Notes: generated from the letters alone by a model not told the origin. A DNA stretch of 64,000 nt from an uncultured Eubacteriales bacterium (GCA_905211265.1 CAJMAC010000005.1:3290-67289), one strand, 5' to 3'; positions 20,830 to 30,831 are shown, numbered from the stretch's first letter. Made by a program: numbers and translations.

Positions 20830-21948
20830 TTATTTAATTATTTTTATTAGAAAATATGTAACTACTAATATTGCTGTAAATTCTAACATCATAATTAAAG
20901 TAGACATATTTACATAACCTTTTGGTTTATCTTCTTCTTTTTTTAATGTTTTAACATATGGTTTATTTTTGGATTTCTCTAATTCTTGTTCTTTAATCAT
21001 TAAATATCTTCGATATACTTCTACTCTACGAGTCCATATTTCTTTGTCTATTTCTCCTAAATTATTTAATAAGGATGGATTCTCATAAAACATTACTACT
21101 TTTTCTTTAATATCATCATCATAACTCTCAAAATCCTCAGGTATTTCTTCTTTAACATTTGGTATATCTTCATAACTACTACTTAATGATTCATTATTAT
21201 TTATTCTTTCTGAAGCATCTATATCTTGTTCATTATAATTTGCAGACTTAGGTTCTCCAACTTTAAAATTTTCAAACTTATCTTTAGTTACTTCATATAT
21301 TTTTCCATAACTAGATAATCCTATCATATTTTCTATATTTATATAATCTATATCTAACTCAGTGGAATATCTAATTAAAAAAAATAATTTTTTGTAATCT
21401 TCACTTGATAGAGATTTTACTTGTCCTAAATATTTATCAATATTTTCTACTGGTATCATTTTTAATTCAATATCTTCATTTACTCTTTTATCCCTTAATA
21501 TATCAGTAGTATTTTTTTGATTATCATTACCTTGATACTTTTTATTTTCTTCTTGTACTTCTTTTAATATTTCAGTTAAACTTCTGCCATCTTTTTTATT
21601 TTCTAATACTACTTCTTTACCTAGAGTATTATCATAGAAATAAAATATTTCTACTCCTGTATCTAATATTTTATGTTCTATTTTACTAATATCAATTCCA
21701 AATGTTTTAGATATTTCTTCAGGTAATGATTTAGGTTTAGAATCTAAATATTTATCTATTAATACTTCTCTACTACTAGGAAAAGTATTTCTTAAATTAT
21801 TGAATAAGTTAGATAATTCAGGATCCTTATTTAATTCATCATTAACTTTATTAATTAGTTCTAATTCTTCATTATTAAATATTACTTTATTATTTAAAGT
21901 ATATTTATCTAATAATTCAAAATATTTTAATATATCTTCTTTTTTCAT
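20830..21948 (-). CDS. Hypothetical tail-anchored protein (cytoplasmic acidic domain plus a single C-terminal TM helix)
   Basis: 372 aa. No recognisable catalytic motif. C-terminal MSTLIMMLEFTAILVVTYFLIKIIK. Confidence 0.4.
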   Translation of the reverse strand: MKKEDILKYFELLDKYTLNNKVIFNNEELELINKVNDELNKDPELSNLFNNLRNTFPSSREVLIDKYLDSKPKSLPEEISKTFGIDISKIEHKILDTGVEIFYFYDNTLGKEVVLENKKDGRSLTEILKEVQEENKKYQGNDNQKNTTDILRDKRVNEDIELKMIPVENIDKYLGQVKSLSSEDYKKLFFLIRYSTELDIDYINIENMIGLSSYGKIYEVTKDKFENFKVGEPKSANYNEQDIDASERINNNESLSSSYEDIPNVKEEIPEDFESYDDDIKEKVVMFYENPSLLNNLGEIDKEIWTRRVEVYRRYLMIKEQELEKSKNKPYVKTLKKEEDKPKGYVNMSTLIMMLEFTAILVVTYFLIKIIK

Positions 21949-22055
21949 ATTGACTCCTACTTTTTATATTCTCTTCTATTATAATTTTATCACAAATATA
22001 TTTTTTAAACAATAAAAATTTAAACAAAATAAAAAAAGCTAAGATAAACTTAACT

Positions 22056-22601
22056 TTATTTTGAGAAATCAACTTTTATATTTTCTCTTTTATCATTTTC
22101 TAATTTAAATAATTCTTTCTTTTCAAAAGCAAATATTTTAGCAATAATATTCGAAGGAACTGATTCTACTAAATTATTATATGATGTTACTGCATTATTA
22201 TAATTTGATCTAGCATAACTTAATTTATTTTCTATTTCATTTAAATTATTTTGAAGACTTAAAAATTGCGTATTAGCTTTTAAATCAGGATATGACTCTG
22301 CAAGCAGCATTACATTATTAAATTTCTTATCAATACTTTCAGTTTCTTCAATACTAAATCCATGATTATTATATGAAGATCTTAAACTAGTTAATTCTTC
22401 TAAAGTAGAAGATTCGTGTTTAGCATAACCTTTAACGCATTCTACTATATTTGGTATTAAATCAAATCTTTGATTTAGTAAAACATCAATTTGCGATTCC
22501 TTTTCTTTTACTCTATTATTCTTTCTTATAAACTTATTATAAGTTCCTATAATCATTCCAGATAAAATTATTACTATTATTAACAATATATTTATTAACA
22601 T
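22056..22601 (-). CDS. lemA: LemA family protein
   Basis: 181 aa. N-terminal TM helix followed by the LemA signature (NKFIRKNNRVKEKESQIDVLLNQRFDLIPNIVECVKGYAKHE). Confidence 0.8.
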   Translation of the reverse strand: MLINILLIIVIILSGMIIGTYNKFIRKNNRVKEKESQIDVLLNQRFDLIPNIVECVKGYAKHESSTLEELTSLRSSYNNHGFSIEETESIDKKFNNVMLLAESYPDLKANTQFLSLQNNLNEIENKLSYARSNYNNAVTSYNNLVESVPSNIIAKIFAFEKKELFKLENDKRENIKVDFSK

Positions 22602-22614
22602 TTCTTACTCCCCC

Positions 22615-23379
22615 TTACCTTGTTTCTATGGTTACTTTATTTACATAACCATTATCATCATAATCAAGTGATATTTCATAATGTTGAATTTCATAGCCAT
22701 TAAAATTTCTAAGACTATTTTTAATTTCTTTTATTTTATTTGGATCAGTTCCATATGACGTTCCATCAAATACTACTTCCACTAAACGTTCATTATTCGT
22801 TTTATTGTTTTGTATAACTTCATCAATTTGCCATCCAGTTGCAGCTTTACTTTCTGTTCCTTGATATTTTTCAAAAGTATAATTAAAACTTTTCTTTTTG
22901 CTTTCTAATTCTTGTTGTTTCATTTCTTGTTCCATTTCTTCTTGCTGTTTTCTAATTTTTTCTTCTGCTTCTTCTTGCCTTCTTTTTGCTTCTTCTTTTG
23001 CTTTATTCATCTCTTCTTTTACTGCATCGCTTTTTTCTTTTATATCACTTCCTACTCTATATACTAAAGTAGCTAATGATGCAACAAAGATAATTATTAC
23101 TATGTAAAGAATTATCTTTCTATTAGAATTATCTTTCTTTTTAGTTTCAACTTTCTTCTCTTGCTTATTACCTTCTAAAGATAATTCATCATTAGTAAGT
23201 ATATTTATATCTACTTCAAATAACTTACTCATTGCATTTAACTTATCCATATCAGGCTTTGTTTGTCCAAGTTCCCATTTAGATATAGTTTGCCTTGTTA
23301 CATCAAGTTTTTCTGCTAGTTGTTCTTGTGATAATAATGCTTTTTTTCTAAGTATTATTAACTTTTCATAAAATTTCAT
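22615..23379 (-). CDS. Membrane-anchored XRE-family HTH regulator (RodZ / anti-sigma-like architecture) with a coiled-coil and a C-terminal extracellular domain
   Basis: N-terminal HTH_XRE (LSQEQLAEKLDVTRQTISKWELGQTKP), TM helix IILYIVIIIFVASLATLVY, E/K-rich coiled coil, then a globular C-terminus. Likely start is MKFYEKL at 23379 (GGAGAAGG ribosome-binding site); the track ORF extends to 23406. Confidence 0.7.
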   Translation of the reverse strand: MKFYEKLIILRKKALLSQEQLAEKLDVTRQTISKWELGQTKPDMDKLNAMSKLFEVDINILTNDELSLEGNKQEKKVETKKKDNSNRKIILYIVIIIFVASLATLVYRVGSDIKEKSDAVKEEMNKAKEEAKRRQEEAEEKIRKQQEEMEQEMKQQELESKKKSFNYTFEKYQGTESKAATGWQIDEVIQNNKTNNERLVEVVFDGTSYGTDPNKIKEIKNSLRNFNGYEIQHYEISLDYDDNGYVNKVTIETR

Positions 23380-23467
23380 ACATACACCTTCTCCTTTTTT
23401 GTCCAATAGTTTAACATTTTATAACATATATGTCTAGCAACTTATGTTGGAAATTTGTCAACTTTTA

Positions 23468-23483
23468 TTAACATTTATGTTAA
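23468..23483. promoter_or_regulatory. Perfect inverted repeat TTAACAT-TT-ATGTTAA in the XRE gene promoter region (candidate operator)
   Basis: 7-bp arms with a 2-nt spacer. A related half-site pair TTAACATTTTATAACAT lies at 23411-23427. Confidence 0.4.
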
Positions 23484-23619
23484 CTAAATATCTTATACTA
23501 CTTATCTTAATATAAGTTTACCATATTTATATTCTTTTAGCAATTATTTTTTAAATATTACTTGCAAATAGTATTATCATATCTTATAATAGAAACTAAC
23601 ACTTAAAATAAACAAGGAT

Positions 23620-24228
23620 GTGATACCATGGATAATATCATTATCATTAGATAGAATAGATTTTACATTAAAAGAATACAATTATATATTTGATAGTAAT
23701 TATTTTATAGTATGTGAAGATACTACACTTTATGGTGAGAATTATACTGATGTAACAAGTGAATGGATAATAAATGCAAAACCTAATACTCATATAGTTA
23801 AAGATAGAAAATATTTTGAACATAGTGGAATTAAATACAAAGTTGATAATAAAAATATTGTACTTGATTATTCTAATAATGAAAAAGACGTTGCTATATG
23901 GTTAGAAAATACATTTGGTGGAGAAATATATATGTTACCTAGAATAAATAAGCCAGATGGAATTCAAACTGCTGATTATTTATTTAGAGGTGAATATTGG
24001 GATTTGAAAACAATAAATGGAAAAAGTAATCAAGTTCTATTTCATTCAATATATAAAAAGAAAACTCAAAGTAATAATTTCATTTTTAACATAATTTCAC
24101 CTGAGTTAAATATTAATGAATTACAAAAACAAATTCATAAATTATACAATAGAAAAGATACAGATTTTTTACAAAAAGTTATATTAAAAAAAGAGAATAG
24201 AATCTTCGTCTATAAAAGAAAAATGTGA
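23620..24228 (+). CDS. Orphan hypothetical ORF (202 codons) with no ATG start or functional ribosome-binding-site spacing; possibly a 5'-truncated cassette or toxin-domain-like fragment
   Basis: The frame opens on GTG at 23620 one nucleotide after AAGGA. The first in-frame Met is about 105 codons in. No recognisable family motif. Confidence 0.3.
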   Translation: MIPWIISLSLDRIDFTLKEYNYIFDSNYFIVCEDTTLYGENYTDVTSEWIINAKPNTHIVKDRKYFEHSGIKYKVDNKNIVLDYSNNEKDVAIWLENTFGGEIYMLPRINKPDGIQTADYLFRGEYWDLKTINGKSNQVLFHSIYKKKTQSNNFIFNIISPELNINELQKQIHKLYNRKDTDFLQKVILKKENRIFVYKRKM

Positions 24229-24245
24229 CCGCACTGGTAATTCAG

Positions 24246-24572
24246 CACGACCACATTTAATATACACATTATAGTGCAAAAACTATAACGTGTCTAATAG
24301 ACCAGCCGCAACCCTACGGGTCACGACCAGTCAAATGTAATTACAATTACATTATATTATATTCTATATCAAATGTCAACTTTTATTCATATTTTTTAAT
24401 AAAAATGTGACCATTGATATAAAAAAAGGATTAACCATCAGTCCCCAAATATGGACCAGGACCAATCCAAACATAATTACATTATATAAAACTATTAGTT
24501 CTAGAAGTTGACACCCTCTCCAAGCGGAGTGGGACCAACTTCAATGTAATTACTACTACATTATATTATCAT
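24246..24572 (+). repeat. Array of four degenerate direct repeats (consensus about GACCAnnTCAAATGTAATTACnnTACATTATATTAT) separated by short GC-rich islands
   Basis: Copies at 24249-24273 (partial), 24325-24360, 24459-24488 and 24531-24569, with 80-125 bp spacing. The intervening segments (for example GACCAGCCGCAACCCTACGGGTCACGACCAG, CCCTCTCCAAGCGGAGTGGGACC) are 50-70% GC in a 25% GC background. Confidence 0.6.
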
Positions 24573-24706
24573 TTATATTTAAAGTCAATAAATAATACTT
24601 AAATTTTGAAACTAACTTAGGTTCAAAATTTCTTTTTAATAACCTCAGGTATTAAAATGCCTTGGAATAACTTTTAAGTTATGAAAAGAAAAAAAGATAA
24701 CTAAAA

Positions 24707-25447
24707 CTAATTATCTTTACTATTACATAAACTATATAATGTTGTAACTTCTTTAAATGTTAACTTTCTATATCCTCCCTCTTTTACTTTATCTAAGGTT
24801 AAGAAAGCATATTTTTCTCTTTTTAATTTTATTACATCATATCCTAATACTTCAAACATTTTTCTTATTTGGTGATTTCTTCCTTCATGTATAGTTATTT
24901 CTACAATACTCTTATTATTTAATTTATCTACTTTTTTTACCTTTACTTTTGCTCTTGAAGTCTTTCTACCATCAATTACTACACCATGAATTAATTTAGA
25001 TATATCATTTGGAGTTAATACTCCTTTTATTTTAGCTATATATACTTTATTTATATTTGAAGAAGGATGCATAAGTAAATTAGCTAGCTTACCATCATTA
25101 GTTAAAAGTAATAATCCTGTTGTATCATAATCAAGTCTTCCTATTGGATATATTCTAGTATCTGTTTCAATTAAATCTACTACTGTTTTTCTACCTTTAT
25201 CATCACTAGCAGCACTTATTACTTCTCTTGGTTTATTTAATAAATAGTATTCATAATTTTTATTATTATCTAAAATATTACCTTCTACTTCAATAGTATC
25301 TCCTTTTTTTACTTGACTCCCTAATTTATTTACAATAACACCATTTACTTTAACTTTATTTTGTGTTATTAATTCTTCAGCATGTCTTCTTGAACAATAT
25401 CCTAAATTTGCTATAACTTTTTGTAATCTTTCCATATAATTGGTCAC
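24707..25447 (-). CDS. rluB: Pseudouridine synthase, RsuA/RluB family, with an N-terminal S4 RNA-binding domain
   Basis: 246 aa. S4 domain (RLQKVIANLGYCSRR), catalytic Asp motif region (GRLDYDTTGLLLLTNDG). Confidence 0.85.
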   Translation of the reverse strand: MTNYMERLQKVIANLGYCSRRHAEELITQNKVKVNGVIVNKLGSQVKKGDTIEVEGNILDNNKNYEYYLLNKPREVISAASDDKGRKTVVDLIETDTRIYPIGRLDYDTTGLLLLTNDGKLANLLMHPSSNINKVYIAKIKGVLTPNDISKLIHGVVIDGRKTSRAKVKVKKVDKLNNKSIVEITIHEGRNHQIRKMFEVLGYDVIKLKREKYAFLTLDKVKEGGYRKLTFKEVTTLYSLCNSKDN

Positions 25448-25492
25448 CTCGTAATAATTATATAGTATTTTTATCTTTTTTACAAGAATTAT

Positions 25493-26950
25493 TTAATCTT
25501 CTACTTTTATATTATATACTGAAGGACCCATAATACTATTACCATATATATCAAATCTACTTCCATGGCAAGGACAATCCCATGTTTTATCTATACTATT
25601 AAATATTAAATTACATTTCATGTGAGGACAAGTATTTTTCACTTTAAATTCCTTACCATTTTTATTTCTATATACTCCATACTTTATATTATCTTTTGTT
25701 TCTATTCTTACATTATCTATAAGAGTATAAGAATTATTTAATTTAGTTAAGATATAATTTTTCATATTATTATAATTATATATTGTTAAATTAATTATCT
25801 TTTTAGTAGTTAATCCTCTGTTTAATCTAAACATATCAATATACTTATTATCTTTTCCTTTAATTATATCTGATAATATTTTACCTCCAATTGTACCATT
25901 AGTAAGTCCCCATTTATTATATCCAGTTGATAGTAATAAATTACTATTACCAATTCTTCCTATTAATGGTAAATTATCTAATGTCATTACATCTTGATTC
26001 ATAAAATAATATTTTACTTCAATATCAAATAAATCTTTAAATCTTTTAATATTTTCTTTATGTATATTTTGTTCTATATCATTATAATCCAACTTCTTAG
26101 AATTAGTACAATATAATAAATATGTCTTATTATTTGTAGTATAATACCTGATTGAATTAACTGGATTACTAGATATTGCTTGAAATTTCTTATTTTTCTT
26201 AACTAGACCTGTAGTTATATAAGACTTTTCTACCATAACTTTAAATGGTATAAAATATGGATTAATTATAAATGGATAATTAGTAGCAATTACTACATAT
26301 TTTGTTTTAATTATATTATTATTTGCTTTTACTATAAAAGTATTACTTTCTTTTATTATTTCAGTTGCAGTAGTATTTTCATATATTTTAATATTAGAAT
26401 TAAGTAATATTTTCTTTATTGAATATAAATATTTTAATGGATGAAATACATAACTATTATTAGTTTTTATATTATATATACAAGGAAATGTTATAGGTAA
26501 TTTATTATGAGTAGTATAATTTATATTTAAATCTTTATATACTTTTATCTCTTTATTAAATTCTTCAATATCATCATAATAATTTGTAAATACATAAGAA
26601 GAAGTCTTTTCTAAATTACATTCTATATTATTAGTATTAATTATATCTAATATTAAATTAATTGCATCTTTTTGACTTTCTAAATATAATTTTCTATATT
26701 TTGAAGGTATCTTATGATAAATTAAATCTTGCATTATAGTTAATTTACCTGTAGTTAATGATGTTGAACCTGAACCAATATGATTTTTTTCTATTAAGGC
26801 TATATTTAAAGATGTATCTTTAAGAAAGTATGCTGTTGTTAATCCTGTTATACCTCCTCCTATTATTAATACATCTACATTAATATCATTAGTTAAACTA
26901 TCAGTATAATTTTTTCTCATATAATTATTCCATATACTTTTATTTTCCAT
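25493..26950 (-). CDS. FAD-dependent oxidoreductase fused to a C-terminal Rieske [2Fe-2S] domain (YhfW-like)
   Basis: 485 aa. FAD-binding VLIIGGGITGLTTAY and Rieske CPHMKC...CPCHGSRFD. Confidence 0.8.
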   Translation of the reverse strand: MENKSIWNNYMRKNYTDSLTNDINVDVLIIGGGITGLTTAYFLKDTSLNIALIEKNHIGSGSTSLTTGKLTIMQDLIYHKIPSKYRKLYLESQKDAINLILDIINTNNIECNLEKTSSYVFTNYYDDIEEFNKEIKVYKDLNINYTTHNKLPITFPCIYNIKTNNSYVFHPLKYLYSIKKILLNSNIKIYENTTATEIIKESNTFIVKANNNIIKTKYVVIATNYPFIINPYFIPFKVMVEKSYITTGLVKKNKKFQAISSNPVNSIRYYTTNNKTYLLYCTNSKKLDYNDIEQNIHKENIKRFKDLFDIEVKYYFMNQDVMTLDNLPLIGRIGNSNLLLSTGYNKWGLTNGTIGGKILSDIIKGKDNKYIDMFRLNRGLTTKKIINLTIYNYNNMKNYILTKLNNSYTLIDNVRIETKDNIKYGVYRNKNGKEFKVKNTCPHMKCNLIFNSIDKTWDCPCHGSRFDIYGNSIMGPSVYNIKVED

Positions 26951-27024
26951 ATCTTCACCATTATTATTATGATATAAGTTAAAAAAAATAATACATATAT
27001 GAATTTAATATGTATTATTTAATA

Positions 27025-28251
27025 TTATTTTACTTTAGCAAGATAATATGCTTTCTTGCCTCTTTTAATAATGATATATGTATTATCTAAAAGAAATTTA
27101 CTATCTATTATTACTTCTGGATTAGTTTCTTTTACACCATTTATACTAATGGCATTTCCATTAATAAATTCTCTTGCTTCTCTTTTACTTGATGCTACTT
27201 TCATATCAATTAATAAATCTGTTAATGTTTTATTTAATTCTATTTCTTTTACTTCTTCAGTTGAAAATAATTCTTTTATTTCATTACTTGTTAAATCAGT
27301 AAATTTATTATTAAATAAACTATTTGCTAATTTTACTGCTTTTTCGTATTCATCTTTTCCATGTAAGAAAGTAATTATTTCTCTTGCTAAAGCTTTGTGA
27401 GCTTCCCTTAACTCCGGATGTGTTTTATTAGATAATTCTAATGCTTCAATTTCTTCTTTTGATAAGAAAGTATATATCTTTAAATAATCTATTACCATTT
27501 CATCTTCAACATTAATAAAGAATTGATATAACTTATATGAAGATGTTTTATCCTTATCTAACCATAATGCATTACCTTCACTTTTACCAAATTTATGTCC
27601 TTGACTATCTGTAACAAGTGGCATTGTAAAACCATATACAGTATCTCCAGTAGATTTTCTAATTAAATCTATTCCAGCGGTAATATTACCCCATTGATCA
27701 CTTCCTGCACATTGTAAATCTACATTTTTATTTTCATGTAACCATTTAAAATCCATTGCTTGAAGTAACATATAAGAAAATTCTGTATAAGTAATTCCTG
27801 TATCTAATCTTCTTCTTATAATGTCTTTATCTAACATATAATTAATATTAAAGTATTTTCCATAATCTCTTAAAAAATCTAATACATTTAAATCTTTTGT
27901 CCAACTATAATTATTTACTACTTCAAAGCCAAATAATTTCTTTACTTGATTAGTTAATCCTTCAATATTTTTTTGTACTTGTTCTTTTGATATCATTGCA
28001 CGCTCAGTAGTAGGTCTTGGATCTCCAATTTGTCCAGTTGCACCACCCACTAAAAGTATTGGATTATGTCCATGGTCTTTTAACCTTTTAGATATTAGAA
28101 AACTTGATAAGTGTCCTACATGTAAACTATCTGCCGTAGGATCTGTTCCTATATAAAATGTAAGACTACCATTATTAAGTTTATCTATTAATTCTGGACT
28201 AGATATATCTTTAATAAGTCCTCTCCATACTAATTCATCATATAATTTCAT
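27025..28251 (-). CDS. tyrS: Tyrosine--tRNA ligase
   Basis: 408 aa. HIGH motif (ADSLHVGH), KMSKS motif (KFGKS), C-terminal S4 domain. Confidence 0.95.
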   Translation of the reverse strand: MKLYDELVWRGLIKDISSPELIDKLNNGSLTFYIGTDPTADSLHVGHLSSFLISKRLKDHGHNPILLVGGATGQIGDPRPTTERAMISKEQVQKNIEGLTNQVKKLFGFEVVNNYSWTKDLNVLDFLRDYGKYFNINYMLDKDIIRRRLDTGITYTEFSYMLLQAMDFKWLHENKNVDLQCAGSDQWGNITAGIDLIRKSTGDTVYGFTMPLVTDSQGHKFGKSEGNALWLDKDKTSSYKLYQFFINVEDEMVIDYLKIYTFLSKEEIEALELSNKTHPELREAHKALAREIITFLHGKDEYEKAVKLANSLFNNKFTDLTSNEIKELFSTEEVKEIELNKTLTDLLIDMKVASSKREAREFINGNAISINGVKETNPEVIIDSKFLLDNTYIIIKRGKKAYYLAKVK

Positions 28252-28254
28252 TTT

Positions 28255-28500
28255 AATTCTCCCTCCAAATAAAAAAACTTATTATCTGTAAAGACGAATA
28301 ATCGCGGTACCACTTTACTTCATAATAAGTTATGCTCTTTCTTTCTTAACGTGAAATATCCGTTTTAACTCTGAAACTGTAACTTCTTTATTTAAACTTG
28401 GTTAATTCTCACCACCATTAACTCTCTTATTACTACTTAAATAAATACTTTTATTTCTTCTTCGTTAAATATAGTTATATGATAACATAATAAATTTATT
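28255..28500 (-). promoter_or_regulatory. T-box leader upstream of tyrS
   Basis: Minus strand contains the conserved T-box sequence AGTGGTACCGCG (plus 28303-28314) in a 250-nt untranslated leader upstream of an aminoacyl-tRNA synthetase gene. Confidence 0.6.
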
Positions 28501-28514
28501 TTGTAAATAGTTTT

Positions 28515-28859
28515 TTATTTATTATCTATTACTACTTTTTCTAAATATATTTTTTCATCAAAAGCACCACGTTTTTTACTTTTTTGTTCTGCTACAAAAA
28601 TAACATCATTTAAAGTTTTATTTTCTAAATTTGCAAGTGCTTTTATTATTTCTAACATATCTGCTAATTCTTCTATTCTATCATCCTCTGAAGAATTAAG
28701 TACTTCTTGATATTCTTCATATAATTTATTTTCTAATTCTTTTTTATATTCATCATTATCTAATATTCTTGTAATTGGAATTTCTCCATTACTTTTAATT
28801 ATATTAGGAATATTATCTCTTACTAATTTATTATATACTTTTTCCATATTACTTTTCAT
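28515..28859 (-). CDS. MazG-like nucleotide pyrophosphohydrolase domain protein
   Basis: 114 aa. EExxE...EExxD helix-pair pattern (LYEEYQEV ... RIEELADMLEI). Overlaps the whiA stop. Confidence 0.45.
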   Translation of the reverse strand: MKSNMEKVYNKLVRDNIPNIIKSNGEIPITRILDNDEYKKELENKLYEEYQEVLNSSEDDRIEELADMLEIIKALANLENKTLNDVIFVAEQKSKKRGAFDEKIYLEKVVIDNK

Positions 28860-29784
28860 TTTCTTTCTTTTCTAAGTTAGACACTATTTCTTTTATTTTT
28901 CTAAACCTATGATTTAATCCTGATTTAGTTATCTTAACGCCTGTTTCTAATGATATAATATCACTTAATTCTTGTAATGAACTTTCTGGATATTCTAATC
29001 TATATTTAATTAATTCTTGTAATCGTTCATCTAATAAATCTATCATGTCATATTCTTTTAACTTTTCTATATCTTTTATTTGCTTTGATGAAGTCATAAA
29101 TATTTTATCTACATTTGCTTGTTCACAATTATTTAATCTATTTGTCATATTTTTATGATCTCTATATATTCTTATATCTTCGAAATAAAGTACTGCATTA
29201 TATGCTTTTATTACTCTCAAAAAATCGCTTATTTTTTCTGCTTCTTTTATATAAACAGTATAGTTTTTAGTTCTTTTTATTATTTTAGCATTAAGATTAT
29301 AGTTATCTAATAAACTTTTTATAAATTGTGCATAAGAATTATTATCTACCACAAATTCTAAATGATATCTACTTGTTTTAGGATCATTTACACTTCCACT
29401 TACTACGAATAATCCTCTTAAATATGCTCTTATTGTTTCTTCATCACTAACTATATACTCTTTTGGTATATTTAAGTAATTATTATTATTATCTATTATT
29501 GATAAATCATTTAATATTTCTTCATTTTTATTTCTAACATCTAAAATATATGATAGTCCATTACTAAAATATTTCTTTCTTACTGTTATTACGGGAGTTA
29601 CATCATATAATGACTTGATTAATTTATAGATTCTTCTTGCTACAAAATTATTTTCTAAATGAATTAAAATACTCTTATCAATACTTGCACTATTTCTAAT
29701 TATCGCAGATAATTCTGAAATACTTTCTGGTTTTGTTGTATCTAGTCTTGATACTTCTTCTTTTACAGTACTAGAAAAAGTCAT
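28849..29784 (-). CDS. whiA: Sporulation/cell-division transcription regulator WhiA
   Basis: 311 aa. Degenerate LAGLIDADG-like N-terminal domains and a C-terminal HTH. Conserved position after yvcK. Confidence 0.9.
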   Translation of the reverse strand: MTFSSTVKEEVSRLDTTKPESISELSAIIRNSASIDKSILIHLENNFVARRIYKLIKSLYDVTPVITVRKKYFSNGLSYILDVRNKNEEILNDLSIIDNNNNYLNIPKEYIVSDEETIRAYLRGLFVVSGSVNDPKTSRYHLEFVVDNNSYAQFIKSLLDNYNLNAKIIKRTKNYTVYIKEAEKISDFLRVIKAYNAVLYFEDIRIYRDHKNMTNRLNNCEQANVDKIFMTSSKQIKDIEKLKEYDMIDLLDERLQELIKYRLEYPESSLQELSDIISLETGVKITKSGLNHRFRKIKEIVSNLEKKENEK

Positions 29785-30734
29785 TATTCATCCTCTTTAA
29801 TTAAATAATTAAATATTGCTAAAGCTGTTTTTAAATGATCATGTCTTACTTGATTATTTTTAATTATAGCAAGATCTTCTTTTACTAATTCTACATGCAT
29901 CTTCTTTAATTTATCTTCATCAATTAATATTGGTGTAGCATATTCTTTTAAATATAATTCTTGTATTTCCTCATTAATTGGTTTACTATTTGCTATTACT
30001 ACATCTATAAAATCTTTTCCAACATATTTATTTAATTGTTTTACACAATCACTTACTTTAAAATTATCTGTTTCACCATGTTCAGTCATTATATTACATA
30101 CATACATTTTTTTTGCTTTAGATTTAGTTAAAGCTTTCTTCATATCTTTACTTAACAAGTTAGGTATAATGCTTGTATATAAACTTCCTATTCCTAAGAT
30201 TATTAAATCTGCTTCTTCGAGTGATTTTAATACTTCTTTTGTTACTTTTACATCTTTTTTATATTCTACATAATCTATTTTTTTACCTGCTTTAGTAATA
30301 TTACTTTCTCCTTCGATTACTTGTTTATCTTTAGTATGTGCTACTAATATAGCTTTATCTTCAGTAAATGGTAATACTTTTCCTTTTAAGTTTAATATTT
30401 TAGATAAAGCTTCTAATGAATCAGTTAAATCTCCAGTTATATTGTATAATGCTGTTAACATTAAATTACCTAATGCATGATTATTTAAATCGCTACTAGT
30501 TTTAAATCTATATTGTAATAATTGTTCTACTAATGGTTCAACATTAGATAATGACACTAAAACATTTCTTAAATCTCCTACTGCAGGTATATTAAATTCT
30601 TTTCTTAATATTCCACTTGATGCTCCATCATCTGCTACTGTTACAACTGCTGTAATATCTACTGGGAATAATTTTAATCCTCTAAGTAAAACTGATAATC
30701 CTGTTCCTCCACCTAATACTACTACTTTTTTCAT
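29784..30734 (-). CDS. yvcK: Gluconeogenesis factor / UPF0052 (CofD-like) protein YvcK
   Basis: 316 aa. N-terminal MKKVVVLGGGTGLSVLLRGLK signature of the YvcK/CofD family. Confidence 0.9.
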   Translation of the reverse strand: MKKVVVLGGGTGLSVLLRGLKLFPVDITAVVTVADDGASSGILRKEFNIPAVGDLRNVLVSLSNVEPLVEQLLQYRFKTSSDLNNHALGNLMLTALYNITGDLTDSLEALSKILNLKGKVLPFTEDKAILVAHTKDKQVIEGESNITKAGKKIDYVEYKKDVKVTKEVLKSLEEADLIILGIGSLYTSIIPNLLSKDMKKALTKSKAKKMYVCNIMTEHGETDNFKVSDCVKQLNKYVGKDFIDVVIANSKPINEEIQELYLKEYATPILIDEDKLKKMHVELVKEDLAIIKNNQVRHDHLKTALAIFNYLIKEDE

Positions 30735-30831
30735 ATATATACTTCCTCTCTAATAAATCATATTCCTCTTAATTATATAATATATAAAGTGTTTTTGCAA
30801 TAATTATACAAAAATAAAAAGGACATAAGTC

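Noticed and set aside
24246-24572. Possible CRISPR array
   Set aside because: The repeats are degenerate, unequal in length and irregularly spaced (80-125 bp). No cas genes are nearby, and the variable segments are not spacer-sized.
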